IMG/VR virus record: IMGVR_UViG_3300022666_000098
Location: 1-28,794 of that record
DNA length: 28,794 nt
Strand: one strand, 5' to 3'
From: a virus
Lineage: Duplodnaviria; Caudoviricetes
The position numbers and the translations under genes were made by a program. This document shows positions 1-7,726 of this stretch, piece after piece. The notes beneath the pieces are model-generated. The model saw nothing but the letters and a program-made list of their open reading frames with translations, did not search any database and had not been told where the DNA came from. Each line of letters opens with the position of its first letter. Within the stretch, counting starts at the first letter, position 1.

Positions 1-55
1 CTCGTGTTTGTCATTTCAATCCCTGATTAGCACCTTAAAAAACCGATAAAACAGG

Positions 56-127
56 CGTCCCTGGGGAGACTCGAACTCCCGCTTCTAGCTCCGGAGGCTA
101 GCGCTCTATCCACTGAGCTACAGGGAC
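56..127 (-). tRNA. tRNA-Arg (anticodon CCG)
   Basis: Reverse complement reads GTCCCTG-TAGCTCAGTGGATAGAGC-GCTAGC-CTCCGGA-GCTAG-AAGC-GGGAGTTCGAGTCTCCC-CAGGGAC-G. It has a 7-bp acceptor stem, D arm, anticodon loop CT-CCG-GA and T arm GTTCGA. It is followed by CCT, not CCA. Confidence 0.95.
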
Positions 128-144
128 AAATTAGCATTGACGGT

Positions 145-172
145 ATTGTACCACAAAACACAACACCGTCAA
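145..172 (-). promoter_or_regulatory. sigma70-type promoter of the tRNA
   Basis: Minus strand TTGACG (172-167), 16 nt, TACAAT (150-145), with an extended -10 TG. It lies within a perfect 11-bp inverted repeat GCATTGACGGT (134-144) / ACCGTCAATGC (165-175). Confidence 0.7.
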
Positions 173-183
173 TGCGTCGGTTT

Positions 184-1035
184 TTACAACCCCATCAACT
201 TGTTAATCGGGCTGAACGGCTCAATATCCTCGGGCCGCAGCGCCATACTATACCGCTCGACCATATCCAGCGTTGACCACCTGCCGGCAACCTGGACGAC
301 GCGAGTCGGCGCGCCGGCGCGCAGCGCCAGCGTGGCGAACGTACGCCGTAGATCGTGCGGGCTGAGGGCCTTCAACCCGGATCGTTTGGCGAGGCGGGCG
401 AACAGTTTTCGCATCCAGCTTTCCGAGAGCCGTCGCCCAGTCCGCGGAGAGACGAAAACGTACCGTGGCTGGTGGATCGTGAGCTCCGAGCGGGTCGCCA
501 TCCAGGCCGCCAGGCACGAGGCGGTGTACTCGGAATACACACCACGCCCCCAACTGCCGCCCTTCGTGATCGTCTCCAGGCTGCGAGCCTCAATGTAGAG
601 ATGCGCCACCTCCAGCCGGCAGACCTCCATACAGCGCAGCCCGCAGTCTAGCATGAGAGAGATCATCGCCAGATTGCGGATGCCGCAGATCGTGGAGGTG
701 TCCAGCGACTCCATCAGCCGCATCGCCTCATCCTCATTCAGCGTGCGCTGTGGGGAGGGCCGGGGGCGGCGGGTGCGCACGGTGGACAGGGCGTGCGTCT
801 TGCCGTAGCTCCAGCGGTAGTACGACCTCACGGCGCACGTGCAGGTATAGCAGGTATTCCCGCCCCAGTCCCGCGTCTCCAGGAATGAGCGGAACTGCTC
901 ACGGGTGACGGTAGCCGGGTCTTGGTCTCCGATGCTCTCTGCGAGTTGTTCCAGGAGCCACCGGTATGACCGCACCGTGTGTTCCGAGTAGTTGGAGTCG
1001 TTCAAAAATTCGTCAATTTTCATCATGGTATTCAT
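184..1035 (-). CDS. tyrosine recombinase/integrase, XerC/D-like (283 aa)
   Basis: Catalytic motifs GLR, TKGG, SPHDLRRTFA and GRW...ERY. N-terminal core-binding domain (YSEHTVRSY). Start placed at ATG 1035 after AGGA. Confidence 0.92.
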   Translation of the reverse strand: MNTMMKIDEFLNDSNYSEHTVRSYRWLLEQLAESIGDQDPATVTREQFRSFLETRDWGGNTCYTCTCAVRSYYRWSYGKTHALSTVRTRRPRPSPQRTLNEDEAMRLMESLDTSTICGIRNLAMISLMLDCGLRCMEVCRLEVAHLYIEARSLETITKGGSWGRGVYSEYTASCLAAWMATRSELTIHQPRYVFVSPRTGRRLSESWMRKLFARLAKRSGLKALSPHDLRRTFATLALRAGAPTRVVQVAGRWSTLDMVERYSMALRPEDIEPFSPINKLMGL

Positions 1036-1083
1036 GGTAGTAGGTTTCCTTGTCAGTGACACATTCGTTATTTTGGAGGTGAT

Positions 1084-1419
1084 ATGATCTTGCAAATTGG
1101 CGTAGCAGTTGTCGTCGCCTGCCTGGCCCTGGTGGCCGAGCACTATTTCCCCTGGCACTCCGTTCTCAACGGCAAGCCGTTGGGGCGGGTGTCGGCGTAC
1201 GTCCTGGGCTGCCTGGCGCTGTTCCTGCCGTTATCTGCCCTGCTCGTCCTGTGGCAAATGTGGCCGGCGCTGGTCGCGCTGTGGGCCATCACCGTCGCCG
1301 GCGGCGGAACGGTCATACTGTGCTACGCGTTGGACAATCATTACAGGCTCTCCGACGCCGGCGAGCGGGAGCGGCAGTTGATCGACACGATGCGGCGGGG
1401 CGGCGATGAGCCAAATTAG
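1084..1419 (+). CDS. membrane protein, about 3 TM segments
   Basis: GGAGGT RBS at 1075-1080; hydrophobic segments and a charged C-terminal tail. Confidence 0.75.
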   Translation: MILQIGVAVVVACLALVAEHYFPWHSVLNGKPLGRVSAYVLGCLALFLPLSALLVLWQMWPALVALWAITVAGGGTVILCYALDNHYRLSDAGERERQLIDTMRRGGDEPN

Positions 1420-1660
1420 CCGAGACGCCGATCAGCGCCAGGCAGCGGTCGAAGACCCGCTGGCGGCCCTGGGCGCAGCGCTGGCGCTGATCGAGCATGA
1501 CCAGCTACGCGTCCGCCAGGCCATCCGGCGCTCTGGCATGGATGACCTGCTGGTACCTGTGTTGGAGGACTACGCTCGTATCTCTGCGGCGATCCAGCGC
1601 ACCCAGCGGGCCCTGCGGGCCAACTGGGAGGCCGGACAGGGGGAACGGTGGCGGCGCTAA
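1406..1660 (+). CDS. hypothetical helical protein
   Basis: Overlaps the upstream stop and fits the operon packing; amphipathic helical composition. Confidence 0.6.
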   Translation: MSQISRDADQRQAAVEDPLAALGAALALIEHDQLRVRQAIRRSGMDDLLVPVLEDYARISAAIQRTQRALRANWEAGQGERWRR

Positions 1661-1710
1661 TATGTCACCCCCTCGGCAACGTGGTACAAAAAGTTAAGGA
1701 GTAAAAAACT

Positions 1711-2130
1711 ATGAAATTCTACGTCTTAATTGGGTCTGTAATCCTGGTTGTCGTCCTGATCGGCATGGTCGCCATCACCGGCAACCTGTCGTCAGCCGCC
1801 CAGGCGCAGGCCAGCATCGAGCAGTCCCGCTCGACGCAAATGGCAATCGGCACCGGCATCCTGTCGACCGTCGGGAACTGGCTGCAAACCGGCATCATTG
1901 CCGCCCTGGCTTTCCTGCTGCTGCGGGACAGGATCGGCAGCAAGAAGCGATCTGGCCCACCGGCGCAGATCGACAGCAGCGCACGCCCGGCGGCCTTGCC
2001 CGCCGGTGATAGTGACAGTAAGGTTGCATCCCTGCTCCAGACGCTGCTCGCGCTCCGCATTGCGGATACGCTCTCCGAGCAGAAAAAAGAAAGAAACGTG
2101 CAGGTGATCGACCCGCCGGACTGGAAGTGA
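1711..2130 (+). CDS. membrane protein, 2 TM segments
   Basis: AGGAG RBS; N-terminal and central hydrophobic helices. Confidence 0.75.
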   Translation: MKFYVLIGSVILVVVLIGMVAITGNLSSAAQAQASIEQSRSTQMAIGTGILSTVGNWLQTGIIAALAFLLLRDRIGSKKRSGPPAQIDSSARPAALPAGDSDSKVASLLQTLLALRIADTLSEQKKERNVQVIDPPDWK

Positions 2131-2143
2131 GAGGAGAGTGAGT

Positions 2144-4006
2144 ATGAAAAATGCGCTGATGTTTGTGGTTCTGGCCCTGGCGACCACCCTGGTCGCCGGG
2201 TGCGCCCAGCCGGCTCCTGCTGCACCTGCGCCGGGTGCTTCCGCCACGCCAGACTACGCCGCGGTCATGGCCGAGGCGACCCGCATCCAGCGCCAAAATG
2301 AGGACATCCTCGCCACCGCCAACGCCTACAATGCGCAGATGACCCAGACGCGCGAAGCCACCGTACAGGCGGGCCTCGCCACCCAGGCGCGTTACGCCGC
2401 GATCCAGACCGAGACCCGCGCTGCCATCACCCTGGCCGCCGCCTACGCTGCCGATACCGCCACCGCCGTTGCCACGGCCACGGCAGGGGCGCGTACCCAG
2501 GTGGCGATCTCTGTGGCGCAGACCAAAGACTCCGCCGACGCGGCGGCGTTCGCCGAAAACCAGCGCATCATCATCGCCTCGAACCGCCTGGCGCTGGAGC
2601 GAGAGCAGCGCATGAATGTGGTGCGGGCGGTGGCGCCCTGGGTGCTGATTGCCCTGGCCGTGCTCCTGGCCGGGTACATCCTCTGGCGCTCGTTCGAGGA
2701 TCGTCGGAAGGCGGCGGATGTCCTGCGGTTCGAGGATGGCACCATCGTCGTCAAAACACCTGATGGCGGGGTGGTAGACCTGCATCGGTTGCTCCATCCG
2801 GCGCTTACGCCGCGGAAAGCAGCTTACCTCATCCCACCGGCTGAGGTGAGCGGCCAGCAGATGGATCAGAACCGCCGGCAGCAGGTGATCGAACTGGAGC
2901 GCGTCGGCGGGCGTGTCGCCGGCCCGGCGCGGGAAGCGTTTGCCCCGCCGGCGCAACCGGCCGCGGCGGCTGAGCCTGACCTGGTTGTGGATGCTGAGTG
3001 GCGTGTGCTGAGTGATCTGTATCAGCCCGGCAAAATCGTCCTGGGCGTCAACCCGGATGGCCCGGTGCTGGTTGACCCGGAGGACTGCCCGCACCTGCTG
3101 TACGCCGGCACGACCAGCGCCGGCAAAACCCGGTTTGGTTTGCGCCCCCTGGCGGCCCAGGCGCTGGCGAATGGTTGGCAGGTGGTATTCATCAGTTCCA
3201 AACGCCAGGACTTTCGTGTGTTTGACGGTCTTCCAAACGCCCGGATGGTGTTCATCGATCAGGCAGAGCAGGCAACCGGGTACCTGGAGGCGGCGTACAC
3301 CGAAATCCAGCGCCGCAACCGGATGCTGTACGACGCAAACGTCTCAACCTGGGCCAGTATGACCGGGCGCGGGCCGAGGGCGCTGGTGGTCATGGATGAG
3401 TTCTCCAATCTGGCCGATGCCATGACGGACGAAGCTGGCAGGAAGGCGCTGTGGCGTGCGCTGCGCATGGCGACTGCCGAGGGACGCAAGTGCGGCATCC
3501 ACGTGGCGGTGGCGCTGCAAGACCCGACATGGCAGTCGATGGATTTGCCGGCGCGGCGCAACATGACCCCGGTTATCTTCCGGGTACAGGATCAGGCGGC
3601 CAGCCGGGTCACGCTGAACGTCAACGGCGCGGAAACGCTGGAACGCCAGCATTTCCTGGCTCGCCTGCGCCAGGTAGTGCATGGCAAGGCGTTCGCGCCG
3701 ACGGACGATGAAATCCAGGCGTTCGTGAGCCGCCACCCGGTAAACGCCCTGCCGGCGCCAGAGTGGGTTGCGCTGCCTGCCCCAGCGCAACCGGCCGCGG
3801 CAGGCTCGGACAGCGCGGATAAAACAGAGCAGATTCGCTCACTGCTCCTGGATGGCCTGTCCGTCAACCGGGTCTGCAATATCGTGTTTGGCTACACCGG
3901 CGGGAGCGCATTCGCTGCCGTGTCCGAGGTAAAAGCGCACATGAGTGATACTACGGGTACTACTACTACCCCAAAAACGGCCAAAACCGGGCCCCAGGCG
4001 GCGTAG
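2144..4006 (+). CDS. lipoprotein-anchored FtsK/SpoIIIE (TraB-like) ATPase
   Basis: Lipobox LVAG-C20, Ala-rich helical region, TM segment VAPWVLIALAVLLAGYILW, Walker A HLLYAGTTSAGKT, Walker B LVVMDEF, GRKCGIH..ALQ motif and a C-terminal HTH-like segment. Confidence 0.82.
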   Translation: MKNALMFVVLALATTLVAGCAQPAPAAPAPGASATPDYAAVMAEATRIQRQNEDILATANAYNAQMTQTREATVQAGLATQARYAAIQTETRAAITLAAAYAADTATAVATATAGARTQVAISVAQTKDSADAAAFAENQRIIIASNRLALEREQRMNVVRAVAPWVLIALAVLLAGYILWRSFEDRRKAADVLRFEDGTIVVKTPDGGVVDLHRLLHPALTPRKAAYLIPPAEVSGQQMDQNRRQQVIELERVGGRVAGPAREAFAPPAQPAAAAEPDLVVDAEWRVLSDLYQPGKIVLGVNPDGPVLVDPEDCPHLLYAGTTSAGKTRFGLRPLAAQALANGWQVVFISSKRQDFRVFDGLPNARMVFIDQAEQATGYLEAAYTEIQRRNRMLYDANVSTWASMTGRGPRALVVMDEFSNLADAMTDEAGRKALWRALRMATAEGRKCGIHVAVALQDPTWQSMDLPARRNMTPVIFRVQDQAASRVTLNVNGAETLERQHFLARLRQVVHGKAFAPTDDEIQAFVSRHPVNALPAPEWVALPAPAQPAAAGSDSADKTEQIRSLLLDGLSVNRVCNIVFGYTGGSAFAAVSEVKAHMSDTTGTTTTPKTAKTGPQAA

Positions 4007-4028
4007 TAGTAGGCATGGAGGCAAAAAA

Positions 4029-4445
4029 ATGACTTACTCAAACGAGCACGAGGAGCAGGCCGCAGTGATCCAGTGGGCCCGGTTCAGTTCCGGGATATAC
4101 CCTGACCTGGCATGGCTGTTCGCCGTGCCGAACGGCGCAAAACTGCCGTTCAAGAATGTGATCGGGCGCGGCGGGAAAACAAAGCGTTTCAGCCCAGAGG
4201 CAGTTCGCCTCAAGGCGGAAGGCCTGCTGCCGGGTGTGGCCGACCTGTTTCTACCGGCCCCGAGGGGCCGGTACCACGGCTTGTTCGTCGAGATGAAGCA
4301 CGGCGATAACACTCTGTCCGATGAGCAGCAGGCGTTCCTGGAGGCCATGCTGGATCGGGGATACCTGGCGATGGCTTGCTGGGGTGCAGATCAGGCCATC
4401 CAGGAAATCGAGCGGTATCTGCACTTGCCGACAGGTGCAAAATGA
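4029..4445 (+). CDS. VRR-NUC family PD-(D/E)xK nuclease
   Basis: Motifs EHEEQ, FAVPNG, GLLPGVADL, GLFVEMK and LSDEQQAF; GGAGG RBS. Confidence 0.88.
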   Translation: MTYSNEHEEQAAVIQWARFSSGIYPDLAWLFAVPNGAKLPFKNVIGRGGKTKRFSPEAVRLKAEGLLPGVADLFLPAPRGRYHGLFVEMKHGDNTLSDEQQAFLEAMLDRGYLAMACWGADQAIQEIERYLHLPTGAK

Positions 4446-5152
4446 TGACCGCGGATCGCATCACAAAATTCCTGGTCGGTTGGCGGGCGGTCAGTCAGGC
4501 CGTCGACGGCCTGCTGGTGGACAACCTGGCTGCCACCGCACCCTGGATTGCGCCGATGATCCCGGCATATCTGGCCTACACCAGCCTGACGACCGTCCTG
4601 GAGTTCCCGTCCTGGATGGGATTTGTCGGGGCGGTGGTGATCGAGACCCTGGGCGTCTCCACTGTCCAGACCGCTCTGACGGTCTGGGAGTACAACCAGG
4701 ATCGACGCAAGAGCGATCCGTCCGCGCCGATCTGGCCGCCGCTCCTGGTAAGTGGGGTGTATTTTGTCGTCGTGATCGTCGTCAACGTCCTGCTGGACGG
4801 CAGCCGGCCTATCGTCCAGCAGGTGGCCCAGGCGCTGCTGTCGCTGCTGTCCGCCGTGGCCGCCGTGACCCTGGCGGTGCGCGCCAACCATGCTCGCCGT
4901 CTGGCGGCGGTGGCAGAGGAGAAAATGCAGCGGCGTGCAAGCATCGCTCTGCATCATGCTGAGACGATGCAGAAGGATGCAGAGCATCGGTCTGCACCCG
5001 TGCAGCACAAATGCACGCTGTGCGGGGCGGGGTTCGACAGCGTGCAGAAATTGGCCGCGCACACCCGCTGGCAACACACCAACGGCCACAAAACAGAGCA
5101 GCAAAATGACGCGGATGAGTGGATTGGCGCAGTTAGCCCTGGCGCGAGGTAA
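4442..5152 (+). CDS. membrane protein with about 4 TM segments, a coiled coil and a C-terminal C2H2 zinc finger
   Basis: ATGA coupling to the VRR-NUC gene; four hydrophobic helices; CTLC...LAAHTRWQH. Confidence 0.78.
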   Translation: MMTADRITKFLVGWRAVSQAVDGLLVDNLAATAPWIAPMIPAYLAYTSLTTVLEFPSWMGFVGAVVIETLGVSTVQTALTVWEYNQDRRKSDPSAPIWPPLLVSGVYFVVVIVVNVLLDGSRPIVQQVAQALLSLLSAVAAVTLAVRANHARRLAAVAEEKMQRRASIALHHAETMQKDAEHRSAPVQHKCTLCGAGFDSVQKLAAHTRWQHTNGHKTEQQNDADEWIGAVSPGAR

Positions 5153-5169
5153 CGGCGCACGCTATACTC
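5140..5169 (+). promoter_or_regulatory. phage promoter repeat, copy 1 (CGCACGC-TATACT)
   Basis: TGGCGC-17-TATACT (-10 at 5163-5168). The 14-mer CGCACGCTATACTC also occurs at 7708, 10901 and 18176. Confidence 0.65.
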
Positions 5170-5233
5170 CATTCGCTGCTCCTTGATTACCGGTTGACCG
5201 GGTGCCATGCTGATTTCACCGTTTCCCTCCAAA

Positions 5234-5265
5234 TGTCCCAGGCTCACTACCTGGGACAACTTTTT
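5234..5265 (+). terminator. intrinsic terminator
   Basis: TGTCCCAGG-ctcacta-CCTGGGACA followed by acTTTTT. Confidence 0.75.
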
Positions 5266-5271
5266 GCCCGC

Positions 5272-5297
5272 TATAGGATTATTTAACTAATCCTATA
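5272..5297. repeat. 26-bp palindromic site, copy 1
   Basis: TATAGGATTA-TTTAAC-TAATCCTATA, perfect 10-bp arms. Confidence 0.85.
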
Positions 5298-5314
5298 TAT
5301 ATGTAGAGGTGGAT

Positions 5315-5938
5315 ATGGCAGAGCTAAAACCAGACCCAAAAAACGCACGGCGGCACACACCGCGCAACCGTGACCTGATCCGGCGCTCGCTACAGGAGGT
5401 TGGGCCGTTCCGGTCTATCGGCGTTGATGGCGAGGGCATTGTGCGCGCCGGGAATGGCGTGTATGAGCAGGCCCAGCAGCTTGGTCTGAAAATCCGTGTG
5501 GTGGAGGCTGCGCCGGATGAGTTGATTGCTGTCAAACGGCCAGACCTGACGGGGGCGGCTGCCGAGCGTGCGGCGCTCTATGACAACCAGGCGGGGGAGC
5601 TGTCTGAGTGGGATACCGGCGTCCTGGCGCAGATTGCCAGCGAGGCACCCCAGGTGCTGGACGGGATTTTTGACGACGGCGATCTGGCCGCCATGCTGGC
5701 CGAGGCCGGCGAGTTAGATCAGGTCGAGGCCGATCTGATGGGGGAGGGGAGGGAAAAGGCACCAGACCTGAAATCTGGTTTGGGCGATACGAATGCAAAA
5801 ATCAAGCCAGTGATTTATGCCAGAGACCTGGCGGATTTTGAGCGGGCTATTCGCGCGACTGGGCTACCGAACAGGGGCGAAGCGCTTATGAGGATTTGTC
5901 GTTTTTACCTGGAGCATTATCGTGAGCAGGCCGGATAG
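5315..5938 (+). CDS. ParB/Srx-like N-terminal domain protein with a possible C-terminal ribbon-helix-helix
   Basis: ELKPDPKNARRH, SLQEVG, VRAGNG...A..LG and ALYDN are typical phage ParB-N motifs. The C-terminus DFERAIRATGLPNRGEALMRIC resembles an RHH. Confidence 0.8.
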   Translation: MAELKPDPKNARRHTPRNRDLIRRSLQEVGPFRSIGVDGEGIVRAGNGVYEQAQQLGLKIRVVEAAPDELIAVKRPDLTGAAAERAALYDNQAGELSEWDTGVLAQIASEAPQVLDGIFDDGDLAAMLAEAGELDQVEADLMGEGREKAPDLKSGLGDTNAKIKPVIYARDLADFERAIRATGLPNRGEALMRICRFYLEHYREQAG

Positions 5939-6569
5939 GGGCGTACTGAGCAAGGATAACACGACGTTCCGGCGCAAGCTGCGGCTACGTAGGCTGGCTT
6001 TGCGTGTACTCGGCCAGACGCCAGTGGTGATGGAAACGCATGGCGGTTATGGCCGTTTGTGGCTGGAGTGTTACCGGGATGTAGTCGACGGCGTTGTGTT
6101 TGAGGTCGACGGGCATAAAGCCGACACCCTGGCCGAGCAGCGTCCGTCCTGGGCGGTGTACCAGGCAGACTGTGTAACGGCGCTCGCCGGCGGGGCCGGT
6201 GCGCACCTGGCGATCAACCTGTTAGATGTCGATCCGTACGGGGAGCCGTGGCCGGTGCTGGATGCGTTTTTCGCCAGTGAGCGCCCCAGGCCTAATCGTA
6301 TGGTGGTCGTGGTCAACGACGGTTTGCGGCGCAATGTCCGTTTCGGTTTTGCATGGCATGTCGGTTCGCTGGCGCCCATCGTGGAGCGGTATGGCAACGA
6401 TCTGTTTGACCGCTACCTGGAGGCGTGCGAGGAGATTATGCAGCAAAAAGCGGCTCAGGCCGGGTACGCCGTGAGCCGCTTCTCTGGGTACTACTGTGGG
6501 GAGAAAAAGAATATGACGCACTACCTCGCTATTCTCGATCGGCAAGGTATTTCCGCAAATCCTGCTTGA
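5922..6569 (+). CDS. SAM-dependent methyltransferase-fold protein (DPYG motif)
   Basis: VMETHGGYG (motif I-like), VFEVD, YQADC and LLDVDPYGEPW; GTG start with GGAG RBS. Confidence 0.7.
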   Translation: MSRPDRGVLSKDNTTFRRKLRLRRLALRVLGQTPVVMETHGGYGRLWLECYRDVVDGVVFEVDGHKADTLAEQRPSWAVYQADCVTALAGGAGAHLAINLLDVDPYGEPWPVLDAFFASERPRPNRMVVVVNDGLRRNVRFGFAWHVGSLAPIVERYGNDLFDRYLEACEEIMQQKAAQAGYAVSRFSGYYCGEKKNMTHYLAILDRQGISANPA

Positions 6570-7359
6570 TGTAGTGCTTTTTCCCCAGGCTCTCCAGCAA
6601 GCCAACGACCTCCCTGGCGAACCGGTACCAGTCGATCTCCCGCGCCCGTGGATGGTAGTTCAATACCCCCACCTTGAATTCGTCAACCGCATCCGCAGTG
6701 CGGCAGATGATTTCCATCGTCTCGTCTGGATCTAAAACCGGTTCCAGGCTCACCCAGGTTGGGATGCCGGCCGCGTGGAAGCGCCGCAACGCCTCGATGC
6801 GGTCTGCCGGCAGCGCTGCGCCCGGCTCCCACCGCAGGCTGGTGGCGTCGTCCAGGCTGGTCAGGGTTGTGGCAAACGAATCCGCCACAGTGAACAGGTC
6901 GAGGTCGCGCAGAGCGCGGGTGCCGCCTTTGGTCAGCGTGCACACGTGCAGGCCGGCTGCGTGCAACACCTGGATGGCCTGCCGGGTGACCGGCGTCTGG
7001 CTGGCTGCCGGCGAGTACGGGTCGCACGTGAAGCACAAGAGCACCTGGCGGGTCTCGCCGTGCTGCCGGCATTTCTCCGCGTCTTTGCCGAGCAGGCGAA
7101 TGATGTCGGTGCGTGGCTTGACCGTACCGTGAAACTCCTGCCGATTGCGCTGGAGTACGTTCGGCGCGTAGCAATACGTGCAGCCGTGGTCGCAGCCGGT
7201 GAACAGGTTGGCCGCAAGCTCGCGGTATTCCCGCGCCTTGCCGGCAGTCTCGTAGATGATCTTGCCGCCGGTGTAACGGCCCGGCTTGGTTTCGGTTTGC
7301 GGCTCCGCTGCGGGTGCGGGCGGGGTAAATTCTGGAAAAAGTGCATCCTGGTTCGTCAT
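6529..7359 (-). CDS. radical SAM protein (spore-photoproduct-lyase-like / DUF5131-related)
   Basis: GCDHGCTYCYA (CxxxCxxC), TCDPY, LTKG, WEPGA...RIEAL and WVSLEP; GGAGG RBS upstream of ATG 7359. Confidence 0.88.
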   Translation of the reverse strand: MTNQDALFPEFTPPAPAAEPQTETKPGRYTGGKIIYETAGKAREYRELAANLFTGCDHGCTYCYAPNVLQRNRQEFHGTVKPRTDIIRLLGKDAEKCRQHGETRQVLLCFTCDPYSPAASQTPVTRQAIQVLHAAGLHVCTLTKGGTRALRDLDLFTVADSFATTLTSLDDATSLRWEPGAALPADRIEALRRFHAAGIPTWVSLEPVLDPDETMEIICRTADAVDEFKVGVLNYHPRAREIDWYRFAREVVGLLESLGKKHYIKQDLRKYLADRE

Positions 7360-7445
7360 TTTTTGCCTCCTGGTCAATTAATCTCGATCATTCGCCCTTC
7401 ATCCTACTGTTTTGGGTCTTGGATGTTTAATCCATGAGAGAGGGA

Positions 7446-7485
7446 AAAGTTAAGCCCCCGTGGTCATTCCGGGGGCTGAGTTTTT
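7446..7485. terminator. probable bidirectional intrinsic terminator
   Basis: AGCCCCCG (7453-7460) pairs with CGGGGGCT (7470-7477); A-rich left flank and T-rich right flank. Confidence 0.65.
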
Positions 7486-7612
7486 GCAGTTGATATGATT
7501 AGATTTCTTCGGCGTCTAGGAGCAATGGCTCGCCGTCGCTTCCCTTGCTCACGGTGTTTAGATATCCGCACTCGTTTTGTTCTCTAATGTTGCGTTCTAT
7601 GCTGTTCTACTG

Positions 7613-7638
7613 TATGGGATTAGTTTACTAATCCAATA
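7613..7638. repeat. 26-bp palindromic site, copy 2
   Basis: TATGGGATTA-GTTTAC-TAATCCAATA. Confidence 0.8.
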
Positions 7639-7691
7639 GCTTCGCATAGACATCAGGGCGCACCGGTGGACGGCGGTGCGCCGCTGCCGGT

Positions 7692-7721
7692 TTGCCGGTC
7701 GCCGCGCCGCACGCTATACTC
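7692..7721 (+). promoter_or_regulatory. phage promoter repeat, copy 2
   Basis: TTGCCG-17-TATACT with CGCACGC abutting the -10; ATG 7727 follows 6 nt after the -10. Confidence 0.78.
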
Positions 7722-7726
7722 ACTCC

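Noticed and set aside
1036-1158. Longer 324-aa start for the recombinase
   Set aside because: Overlaps the divergent 1084 gene, while ATG 1035 has an RBS.
1895-3094. 399-aa minus-strand ORF
   Set aside because: Antisense shadow of the FtsK-like gene in GC-rich DNA; no motifs or RBS.
3808-3821. 14-mer GGACAGCGCGGATA shared with 10726-10739
   Set aside because: A single GC-rich match inside a coding region; chance cannot be excluded.
4954-5172. Cys-rich minus-strand ORF with an AAGGAG RBS before ATG 5172
   Set aside because: Almost entirely antisense to the zinc-finger membrane gene and overlaps promoter copy 1; the Cys content follows from the sense codons. Not fully excluded.
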